Source of the DNA: Candidatus Parcubacteria bacterium
GTDB taxonomy: Bacteria; Patescibacteriota; Minisyncoccia; Phycocordibacterales; Phycocordibacteraceae
Length of the DNA: 61,553 nt
Direction of reading: 5' to 3'
Assembly: GCA_021731495.1 (NCBI GenBank)
Contig: JAKFXG010000002.1
Span: forward strand, 1 to 61,553
The first letter of the stretch is position 1, and each line of letters begins with the position of its first letter. Both the position numbers and the translations under genes were made by a program. Under the pieces are notes generated by a model. That model had not been told where the DNA came from, did no database searches, and saw only the letters and a program-made list of their open reading frames with translations. Shown here in pieces: positions 1 through 7,021 of the stretch.

Positions 1-501
1 AACCAACATTCTAAGAGGTATTTTTCGCTTAACTCTTTCTGGGATGTAATAATTCTGTATATATTTCTGCAACTCTGGATGTATGTTTTCAATGCCAACT
101 AATTCATTAATGGGTTGCTTTTGTAACAAATTGTCATAGTAGATCTTCTTTATACCTTCCACTCCTTCATATACCAAAATCTTTGGTTTACTTGTGGCGG
201 TTCCTAGAATACTTTGCAGTTGAGGTACTAATTTTTGAATTTCATCAAGCTCATACTTTTTTTGGTTTACGTACGCCTGCATGTCTTCTGCCACTATATA
301 TTTTCTTTTACCCTTTACTGTTTCAGTTAACAGACCTTTCTCTAAAAGCTTCGGTAAGATTCCATAGAGTGTTGGCCTTTTTATGGCGGCTTTCTCCGCA
401 AGATTTTTTGGTAAAGACTCCCCTAACTCTAAAGCAGCTACATATATTTGACTTTCAACCTTAGAAAGGCCAGCATTTTCAATAGTTTTTATAATATCCA
501 T
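1..501 (-). CDS. TrmB-like winged-helix transcriptional regulator (C-terminus runs off the window)
   Basis: ATG at 501-499. Hand translation MDIIKTIENAGLSKVESQIYVAALELGESLPKNLAEKAAIKRPTLYGILPKLLEKGLL... stays open to position 1. Missing from the ORF track because it is edge-truncated. Confidence 0.6.
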   Translation of the reverse strand, partial: MDIIKTIENAGLSKVESQIYVAALELGESLPKNLAEKAAIKRPTLYGILPKLLEKGLLTETVKGKRKYIVAEDMQAYVNQKKYELDEIQKLVPQLQSILGTATSKPKILVYEGVEGIKKIYYDNLLQKQPINELVGIENIHPELQKYIQNYYIPERVKRKIPLRMLV

Positions 502-514
502 AAAGTGTCGTTAT

Positions 515-599
515 TTCTGACACCTTACTATATATCTTTCTTGCAGTCTTTACAACATTTATTATAATACAGTAGGTAATAAGACGTATATTCTGACAC
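515..599. promoter_or_regulatory. Divergent promoter/operator region: TTGCAG-16nt-TATAAT (541-568) flanked by two TTCTGACAC direct repeats (515-523, 591-599)
   Basis: Hexamers and repeats read directly. The second repeat lies between the -10 box and the AAGGAGG RBS of the 621 gene. Confidence 0.35.
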
Positions 600-620
600 T
601 TAATAAAGGAGGTTCTTGCG

Positions 621-1211
621 ATGAGTCTCACGAAAATAGGTAAGTTGCTGGGTTTTAACAAGCCTACTGTGCAAAATCAAGAGGAAACGCCGATGGAAAA
701 GGAGACGAGTATCAAGGATCAGGCGAGAAAAATATACTGTGAGATTGAATATGGGGGTGTTGAACCGACTGAAATCAACCCCGTTTGGGTGGAGTGGCTC
801 AATAATAAGGCTACTGAGCACGACCAAGCAGCCGAAAGCATGTCGGGGACGGGAATGTATGACGCCATTCAAGGTCACCACAAAGAAGCTAAAGAGTTGC
901 GACAAGCAGCCTCTCAGGGCACTGTATCCCCTTCAGCCTATTATAAGAAGAACTGGGTGAAGGGTGTTGCGCGCAAGTTGATGGACGTTGACGAAGACAT
1001 AGCAAAGACGACTGCTTACCATCTTCTGTGCTTGAAGAAAGAAATAAAGGAGGCCGAGAGCCTGCTGATGGACAAAAAGGAAATCGACGCCCGAGGAATA
1101 GACTGGGAAGTCGAACAAATTTGTCGAGCTATCAAGTCAAAGAAGGACCTTCAGAGTAAGTTCATAAGTTATATGGAAAAAGTTATGGATCTTAAAAATC
1201 AAGGTCTGTAA
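621..1211 (+). CDS. hypothetical protein (196 aa, charged, no recognised domain)
   Basis: AAGGAGG 7 nt upstream of the ATG; followed by a hairpin plus T-run terminator; AT-richer than the neighbouring genes. Confidence 0.6.
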   Translation: MSLTKIGKLLGFNKPTVQNQEETPMEKETSIKDQARKIYCEIEYGGVEPTEINPVWVEWLNNKATEHDQAAESMSGTGMYDAIQGHHKEAKELRQAASQGTVSPSAYYKKNWVKGVARKLMDVDEDIAKTTAYHLLCLKKEIKEAESLLMDKKEIDARGIDWEVEQICRAIKSKKDLQSKFISYMEKVMDLKNQGL

Positions 1212-1218
1212 TAATTGA

Positions 1219-1259
1219 AGCGAGAGCGGTGGGAACAAACCCCGTCGCTCTCTTTTTTA
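1219..1259 (+). terminator. rho-independent terminator
   Basis: Imperfect stem GAGAGCGG.../...CGTCGCTCTC followed by TTTTTT. Confidence 0.6.
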
Positions 1260-1327
1260 TTACAACCTTTTCGATTCCGGAATCGCCCCATCTTTTCTAA
1301 TTCCAGGAATCGATTCTCACTCAAGAA

Positions 1328-1367
1328 AGAAATCAAAAACCGCCTCTAGAGGCGGTTTTTGATTTCT
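1328..1367. terminator. bidirectional hairpin terminator
   Basis: Near-perfect palindrome AGAAATCAAAAACCGCCTC-TA-GAGGCGGTTTTTGATTTCT with A/T tracts on both sides. Confidence 0.6.
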
Positions 1368-1589
1368 AGTGTTAGGGATTGTTCCGATCAGAATTCTCCC
1401 GCTTCTCTTCCGCTTCCTCAGGTCTCATAACAAGACCTGACTCCGGATCTATTACGTGATATTTTTCCGTGTCACTTAGCTCACGAGATGGATCTTCAGG
1501 ATTGTTCATAGAGTCTATGTATTAGGATAAACCCACTTAAATCATAATTCCTCACACATCCCTGTCAAGAGCAGTATCAAGAGACATAT

Positions 1590-2717
1590 TTATTTTAAAT
1601 ACTTTTTCTTTTTCAGTTTATCCGGCAAGTACGAATTCGTATCGTATGTCTCGTATTCCTTACCGTACTCCAGGTCCTTCATGAGTTTCGTGACGGGGTT
1701 GCGGATCTTTTTAGGAATGGGCAGATTGCCGAATTGCTGCACATCCGCCTGCGCAGCGCGGAGCGCATTGTAGGCGGAGCGGTCTTTCTTTGCCTGTGCC
1801 AGATACGTAACACCGTGGGCGAGGTTGATGGCGCATTCAGGGTAGCCGATAGTCTCGCAGACACGAAAGACCGCATTGGCAACGACGAGCGCCGTCGGTT
1901 GAGCGAGGCCCACGTCCTCGCTCGCAAATACCACCATTCTTCGCGCGATAAAGAGCGGATCTTCCCCCGCTTCTACCATGCGTGCGAGATAGTACAGTGC
2001 CGCATCTGGCTGCGATGCGCGCATACTTTTTATGAACGCGCTGATGGTGTCGTAATGCTCCTCACCCTTTTTGTCGTAGCGCAGGTGCGGTGATTCAAGC
2101 GCCTTGTTGAGTGTCTCCACGGTTACCTCTCCGTACAGAGTCTGTGCGCCCTCGAGCATGCCAAGCGCTTTGCGTGCATCGCCATTTGCGTAGCCAAGCA
2201 GCCAATCAAAGGCATCCTTTTTCACTTTGAGTTTTGTACTCTTAACGATGGAACGAAGCGCTTCCTCGGACAGTGGTTCAAGTACGAATACGCGGCATCG
2301 CGAAAGAAGAGGTGCAATAATTTCGAATGACGGATTTTCAGTCGTTGCGCCGATAATCGTCAGTTCCCCGCTTTCGACATACGGCAAAAGAAAATCCTGC
2401 TGGCTTTTATTAAATCGGTGGATTTCGTCCAGAAAAAGTACTTTTTCTTTCCCACCCGTGTTTGAGAGGATGATCTTCCTGATGTCATCCTTTCCTGCTG
2501 ATACTGCCGAGAGTTCGAACAATTCTGCGTCAAGCGCTCGCGCATAGATGCGCGCGATAGTCGTTTTGCCCGTTCCGGGAGGACCCCAAAGGATGAAAGA
2601 GAACTTATGTTTCTTCTCCACCGCTACCCGGAGCGGTTTCCCTTCTCCCACAAGGTGTTCCTGCCCGACAACTTTGTCGAGCGTATGGGGCCGTATGCGT
2701 GAGGCAAGGGGTTCCAT
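1590..2717 (-). CDS. rarA: replication-associated recombination protein A (AAA+ ATPase RarA/MgsA)
   Basis: Walker [24 protein letters not shown], typical N-terminus MEPLASRIRPHTLDKVVGQEHL. The ORF is open to 2771, but the Met at 2717 fits the family N-terminus. Confidence 0.9.
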   Translation of the reverse strand: MEPLASRIRPHTLDKVVGQEHLVGEGKPLRVAVEKKHKFSFILWGPPGTGKTTIARIYARALDAELFELSAVSAGKDDIRKIILSNTGGKEKVLFLDEIHRFNKSQQDFLLPYVESGELTIIGATTENPSFEIIAPLLSRCRVFVLEPLSEEALRSIVKSTKLKVKKDAFDWLLGYANGDARKALGMLEGAQTLYGEVTVETLNKALESPHLRYDKKGEEHYDTISAFIKSMRASQPDAALYYLARMVEAGEDPLFIARRMVVFASEDVGLAQPTALVVANAVFRVCETIGYPECAINLAHGVTYLAQAKKDRSAYNALRAAQADVQQFGNLPIPKKIRNPVTKLMKDLEYGKEYETYDTNSYLPDKLKKKKYLK

Positions 2718-2814
2718 GCGTCTATGGTACTCCTCCTTGAAATTTTGTGCGGGATATGGAGATACCCACATCCCGCGTCTTACTCTCTTGACGGCTAGTT
2801 TTGATTTCTAAAAC

Positions 2815-3387
2815 CTACGAGCCGCTTTGTATACGCTCCGCCGCAACAAAAGACGTGTAGTTAAACTTCAGGTCCTGGATGCTCTCCTCAAGCACTTCAA
2901 GGCCGTAGAGGTCGGCTGCGGTGCGGGAGGCTATCACCGCCGTTGTGGGCGGGAGTAGCCCGCTCGCTAAATCTCCCGCCGCCTTTGCTGTATCCGCATA
3001 CTCCTCTAGCTCCACACTCGGCCACTTTCGTTTCAGGTACATGCGGCACTGCTTCAGAGCTTGGTCATGTGAGGTAATTGTCGTTATTTGATCTGGATTG
3101 GTTCCTGGCATGACGAGCAGGTTTTGGTGCACATCAATCTCAAATATTTTCTTTATCTGGAACCGATGCTTGGCCATAGCCTGGACCGCTTCGATAACGA
3201 TACCTCCGTTTGAGTTTTCAATGGGAAAGACGCCCAGATCGATGTCCCCCGCTTCAAGAGCTGCCAGTACTGGCTCGGCCGATATCAAGTAGTTGAGTTC
3301 GAGTTTAGTAATGTTCTCTTTCATCGCATATACGCGTGCCGCCTCTTCAGAAAAGCTCCCTTTCCCACCCATAATCCCGATTTTCAT
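2815..3387 (-). CDS. pheA: prephenate dehydratase, catalytic PDT domain only (no ACT domain)
   Basis: GSFSEEAA, PIENSNGG, TSHDQALKQC and IASRTAADLYGLEVL..IQD..N.TSF motifs. Start MKIGIMGG at 3387; about 190 aa. Confidence 0.8.
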   Translation of the reverse strand: MKIGIMGGKGSFSEEAARVYAMKENITKLELNYLISAEPVLAALEAGDIDLGVFPIENSNGGIVIEAVQAMAKHRFQIKKIFEIDVHQNLLVMPGTNPDQITTITSHDQALKQCRMYLKRKWPSVELEEYADTAKAAGDLASGLLPPTTAVIASRTAADLYGLEVLEESIQDLKFNYTSFVAAERIQSGS

Positions 3388-3462
3388 AAAAATGAGTATA
3401 GGCGATAAGCAGGTAAAGTGAAACCCGCGCTTGCCGAAGCAATACGCGGGTCTTTCCACTCA

Positions 3463-3708
3463 TCACCTCTTTCCTCCTTTCTTTCCGAAGAGGGCTTTCA
3501 AAGCCCACGCGAAGAGGAGTGCGATGACCCCAATCTCGAGCAGAGGTCCGGTGAACGGTTCAATCGCCGCCATGAGGCTGGCCAGGAGAGCGTTTACCGC
3601 TCGTCCAAGCCCCTCCGGATTGATGAGTCCATAAAGGACCCCGATTGCGCAGGCGGTTCCGAGGAGTCGCGCCGGCGTGCCAACGAAAAAACGGATCCAC
3701 TGACTCAT
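3463..3708 (-). CDS. small hydrophobic membrane protein, unknown function
   Basis: GGGGAG SD 7 nt before the ATG (MSQWIRFF...); two hydrophobic segments; basic C-tail. Confidence 0.55.
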   Translation of the reverse strand: MSQWIRFFVGTPARLLGTACAIGVLYGLINPEGLGRAVNALLASLMAAIEPFTGPLLEIGVIALLFAWALKALFGKKGGKR

Positions 3709-3828
3709 GGTCTTTCTCCCCAAAAAGGTTAACTTCTAAATTTATTATACATGAACCGTTCTGCCTGTCAAGCCTGTGAGACTTTATTCTCCTATCCCAA
3801 CCATTACGCTCGCTTCGCGAGCTACGTG

Positions 3829-3899
3829 TGCGGGATAGGAGAATCGAACTCCTGCTCTCAGTTTGGAAAACTGACGTTCTACCATTAAACTAATCCCGC
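3829..3899 (-). tRNA. tRNA-Gly (anticodon UCC), no encoded CCA
   Basis: Hand-folded cloverleaf: GCGGGAT acceptor, anticodon arm TCAGT-TTTCCAA-ACTGA, T arm AGGAG-TTCGATT-CTCCT. Confidence 0.9.
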
Positions 3900-3974
3900 T
3901 TCAGGAACGAGAATAGCAGGAAATTGCGGTCCGCGCGATACGCACTGTCTTTCAAAACGATTTCGCGTTAGCGT

Positions 3975-5129
3975 ATGGGAATGAAACGCCTTGCCCCGTA
4001 TCTTGGTGTCATTGTCGCCATCGTATTTACGGTGTCTGCCGTCGCTGTTGCAAACTCGGTAACCATTCGGCTGACTCCTGTTCCAAATACGCCAGTTGCA
4101 TCCTCTACGCTTTCGGTGCGGCCCAATCTCGATGCGCCGCCCATACCGCTACCGAGTTCTGAATTGGCCGCGAACACAGAAAGCGCTTCTCCGGCGCAAG
4201 CGACATCTACCGCGAAGAAGGTGTCGCCCGCGCCCGTGTCGGCTGTTGCTCCTACCCCAGCCCCTATCCCGACCCAGCCTCAACCTTCCGCGGGGAACGC
4301 CGCTGCACTCGATGCTACTGCACTTGCACTACGCGAAGCTCTCGTAAATATCATTTGTTATGCTCCTGCAGGGGGTGTTCTGCGCTCACTTTCTGGAAGC
4401 GGCGTCATCATTGATACGAAGGGCATTATCCTCACCAACGCGCATATTGCTCAAAATTTCCTCCTGGCCGACCGCGGTGTCTCATGCTCTATTCGCGCGG
4501 GTAGTCCGGCTGTGAAAAGGTATGAGGCCGCGCTCATCTTCATTTCATCCGCATGGCTAAACGCGAACGCGAGCGTGCTCACACAATCGGCGCCGAGCGG
4601 CACGGGCGAATATGACTTTGCGCTTCTTGCTATCACAAAGAGCGCGACGGTGACACCGCTCCCTGCCCAATTCCCATTTTTGCCGCTCGCAGAGACACCC
4701 TCTCCTCCCGGCACGCCAGTTGTCATCGGTTCATACGGGGCACAATTCCTCGAGTCGAGCCAGATACAGTCTTCTCTCTTCCCCACGGTTGTTTTCGGTT
4801 CGGTGAAAAATGTATTTACATTTGGGAAGAACACTATCGACGTGCTTGCGCTTGGGGGGTCAGCGGCCGCGCAACAGGGATCTTCCGGTGGCGGCATTGC
4901 TGATGCGAGGGGCATGCTTGTGGGCACTATCACCACAAGCACAATCGAAGGCGCCACCGACACCCGCTCACTCGATGCCATTACCGCCTCCTACATTCGG
5001 GCACAATATGCGAACGAAACCGGAAGCGCTCTCGACGCGCTTCTCGCTAAACCGACGGCTGCTGCCACAGCAGACTTCGCGCCTCAAATGCCTACGCTCG
5101 AGTCGGTTATAACCGCTCATTTACCCTAA
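3975..5129 (+). CDS. membrane-anchored trypsin-like (S1/HtrA-like) serine peptidase
   Basis: N-terminal TM, Pro/Ala-rich linker, GSGVIIDTKGIILTNAHI and GSSGGGI motifs. Confidence 0.75.
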   Translation: MGMKRLAPYLGVIVAIVFTVSAVAVANSVTIRLTPVPNTPVASSTLSVRPNLDAPPIPLPSSELAANTESASPAQATSTAKKVSPAPVSAVAPTPAPIPTQPQPSAGNAAALDATALALREALVNIICYAPAGGVLRSLSGSGVIIDTKGIILTNAHIAQNFLLADRGVSCSIRAGSPAVKRYEAALIFISSAWLNANASVLTQSAPSGTGEYDFALLAITKSATVTPLPAQFPFLPLAETPSPPGTPVVIGSYGAQFLESSQIQSSLFPTVVFGSVKNVFTFGKNTIDVLALGGSAAAQQGSSGGGIADARGMLVGTITTSTIEGATDTRSLDAITASYIRAQYANETGSALDALLAKPTAAATADFAPQMPTLESVITAHLP

Positions 5130-5270
5130 TCCGCAAAGTCGGACTGGCTAGACCCATTTAGGCCGATATGGCTGGCACATTCTGTCAGAAACAAAGTCGG
5201 GGTGCGGAGAATCGGACTCCGTCATCTTAAATTTCTTATGGAAATTTCCACAGAAGTCTCCCAGACTTCT

Positions 5271-5416
5271 GGTCACAACATTTTCTAAACCAACTATTTA
5301 GTCACACTGTCGGGGTGCGGAGAATCGGACTCCGTCATCTTGCTCCCAAAGCAAGCGTACTACCGGTATACGACACCCCGACACTGCGACCAAAAATCTA
5401 AGAAAATGTTGTGACC
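5271..5416. mobile_element. 146-bp unit bounded by perfect 16-bp inverted repeats that carries the intact tRNA-Pro (MITE-like, tentative)
   Basis: GGTCACAACATTTTCT at 5271-5286 is the exact reverse complement of 5401-5416. Confidence 0.4.
5310..5380 (-). tRNA. tRNA-Pro (anticodon UGG), no encoded CCA, T-loop TCCGATT
   Basis: Acceptor CGGGGTG/CACCCCG, anticodon arm CTTGC-TTTGGGA-GCAAG, T arm CGGAG-TCCGATT-CTCCG. Confidence 0.85.
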
Positions 5417-5431
5417 CCAAAGCAAGCGTAC

Positions 5432-5499
5432 TACTGCCAAGCGAGCCGAGCAACAAGTGAATTCCAATTCATTTGTTCGAGGCGAGCGAAGGGAGAAAG
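5432..5499. repeat. about 68-nt hairpin repeat, copy A (TACTGCCAAGCGAG...GGGAGAAAG), inside the D-loop of the broken tRNA-Pro
   Basis: Its first 14 nt are identical to 28501-28514. The central hairpin differs in sequence but still pairs, and the 3' block GAGCG..GG.AGAAAG is shared. Confidence 0.5.
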
Positions 5500-5578
5500 C
5501 TCTGCTTACCGGTATACGACACCCCGACTTTACTTCTGAACCCGCGCATCCCAGCCCATCTGGTCCACCATATCATCA

Positions 5579-5998
5579 TCAGACGATTTGTGGCAGATAG
5601 GAGACACGAGCCGTACCGTCTCGACGACGCATCCACACAAGGATTCCATCCACTTGCCAATCCCCTCCCCAGTTTTTCTCAAGAACATACCACTCCCCTG
5701 TTCGGGCAACCTTTCGCACCTTCGCCTCGTGGAGATTCAATGATGGGTCATAATCGTCATTTGCACTTTTTTCATCACGAAACTCGTCCACAAGTATCGT
5801 CTTAACTTCAACAAAATGAAGGGTGTTCTCCTTCTCCACAATGAGATCGAGTTCACCCGTCTTTCGTGCGATATTGCGATCGCGAACACTGAATCCGTGT
5901 CGCTTAAGGTACTCGGCCGCAATGCTTTCCCCAAGTGCGCCAACCTCTTTTCGGCTCTTAGAAGAAATGTCCACGGCCCGGTCAGTACAAGATGGCAT
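5579..5998 (-). CDS. YraN-family (UPF0102) endonuclease-like protein
   Basis: GALGESIAAEYLKRHGF...ELDLIVEKENTLHFVEVKT is typical of YraN. The start is uncertain (5998 or 6040). Confidence 0.7.
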   Translation of the reverse strand: MPSCTDRAVDISSKSRKEVGALGESIAAEYLKRHGFSVRDRNIARKTGELDLIVEKENTLHFVEVKTILVDEFRDEKSANDDYDPSLNLHEAKVRKVARTGEWYVLEKNWGGDWQVDGILVWMRRRDGTARVSYLPQIV

Positions 5999-6235
5999 TA
6001 CTCCCCGTGTCTGCCTTGTTAGTAAGTTCCACGAACCCATTATTGTTTACGAGTGGAATGCGAGCAAGTCGTATTCTGGAGTTGAAGACACTATGCCATC
6101 TTGTCCTACCGGGCACGGCCTTTAGAAATGCGGCTCATTTGTTAAGTATTTCATAGACTTATCAAAAAGTCTGATGTCCTTTATCCCCAGTACTAACAGG
6201 TTTATCCACTTCCAACACAAAACGAAAAGACACAC

Positions 6236-6261
6236 AAAAACGGCCAAATTTAGCCGTTTTT
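6236..6261. terminator. bidirectional hairpin terminator
   Basis: AAAAACGGC-CAAATTTA-GCCGTTTTT. Confidence 0.5.
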
Positions 6262-6314
6262 GCTCAGTTTTGCATGCTATACTGCCAATCGGTGAAATTT
6301 TAAAGGAAGATCCC

Positions 6315-6500
6315 ATGCTCTGTTCGTTTGAATGTGACTGTCCTTTCGACCCGGAAACACTTGAGCGCTTGAGCGCAAAAATGAAATGCTCCAAGGACAC
6401 GACACAAGTGCTTGAGGTCATCAAAGAAGCAAATAACGCCTCTTTTGGCGGTGGCTGTTGTATACAGGTCTTGAAACTCATCCCACGAGGACTAGTCTAA
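6315..6500 (+). CDS. small Cys-rich hypothetical protein (61 aa)
   Basis: AAGGAAG SD 6 nt before the ATG; the stop codon lies in the loop of the 6486-6510 hairpin; AT-rich; no family recognised. Confidence 0.3.
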   Translation: MLCSFECDCPFDPETLERLSAKMKCSKDTTQVLEVIKEANNASFGGGCCIQVLKLIPRGLV

Positions 6501-6510
6501 CTAGTCCTCG
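6486..6510. terminator. perfect 11-bp hairpin (CGAGGACTAGT-CTA-ACTAGTCCTCG)
   Basis: Read directly; followed by TTTCGTT on the + strand; lies downstream of tRNA-Gly on the - strand. Confidence 0.45.
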
Positions 6511-6528
6511 TTTCGTTCTATAAGTCGG

Positions 6529-6599
6529 TGCGGGCAGGGATAATCGAAATCCCGTCTCATCCTTGGCAAGGACGTGTTCTACCACTGAACCATGCCCGC
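6529..6599 (-). tRNA. tRNA-Gly (anticodon GCC), no encoded CCA
   Basis: GCGGGCA acceptor, anticodon loop TTGCCAA, T arm GGGAT-TTCGATT-ATCCC. Confidence 0.9.
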
Positions 6600-6832
6600 T
6601 TCAGGCGACATGATACCATGCCACCCTTTCATTTTTCCAGTGCCCCAACCAGGATCGCGATTACGCTTATCGAAACTTACAGTTTCAGTACACTTCATTC
6701 AGCAGAATGACTCTTGGAGTACGCGGATTTTCTCTTCGCGCAAACGCTCGATAAAATGCTCGCAAAGTCTTCGATTCCTGGCCGCACGTCCCCCAGACGT
6801 GCTTCGGGGCACATCCTCGCTATGTTCGTATG

Positions 6833-6904
6833 TGCCCCGACCAGGAATCGAACCCAGAATTCGACGTCCGAAGCGTCGCGTGATATCCGTTTCACCATCG
6901 GGGC
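6833..6904 (-). tRNA. tRNA-Arg (anticodon UCG), no encoded CCA
   Basis: GCCCCGA/TCGGGGC acceptor, D arm GTGA-AACGGATA-TCAC, anticodon arm CGACG-CTTCGGA-CGTCG. Confidence 0.85.
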
Positions 6905-6961
6905 TAAAACGACACCTTGTGTCGTTCGCCCGAACATTTCACCTTGCAAAATGTTTTAGGG
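6904..6961 (+). repeat. double-hairpin palindromic element, copy e (intergenic, abuts the tRNA-Arg 5' end)
   Basis: CTAAAAC-[GACAC/GTGTC hairpin]-GTTCGCCCGA-[ACATTT/AAATGT hairpin]-TTTAGGG. Confidence 0.65.
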
Positions 6962-7021
6962 CGTACCTGCATACTACTACTAAGCGAGCCGAGACACGAG
7001 CAATTATGCTACGATTCTCAC

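Larger units (their letters stand above)
5196..5528 (-). pseudogene. second tRNA-Pro copy broken into three collinear fragments (5507-5528, 5416-5434, 5196-5228)
   Basis: The fragments are identical to the intact gene at 5361-5382, 5345-5363 and 5309-5341. They keep the same order and strand, and only 3 nt (5342-5344) are not represented. Confidence 0.6.

Noticed and set aside
1372-1509. 45-codon minus-strand ORF (MNNPEDPSRELSDTEKYHVIDPESG...) that ends just before the 1328-1367 hairpin.
   Set aside because: It has no SD, is very short, and shows no recognisable family. It could be real, but the evidence is insufficient to list it as a gene.
4556-4615. Possible sixth copy of the palindromic element in the protease gene. 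GGCTAAACGC...CGGGCGAA encodes WLNANAS...SGTGEY, similar to the PLNA...GE peptides of copies c and d.
   Set aside because: The middle is twice as long and lacks the hairpin pattern, and the GTTTTAGCC end is missing. It could be chance or an old relic, and needs a model-based score.
6641-6812. Possible intron-containing or degenerate second tRNA-Arg. GTGCCCCAACCAGGATCG resembles the tRNA-Arg 3' end, and TCGGGGC at 6804 resembles the 5' acceptor strand.
   Set aside because: No T-arm or anticodon arm can be folded. The 6804 match is better explained as the trailer hairpin of the intact tRNA-Arg. At most this is a decayed remnant.
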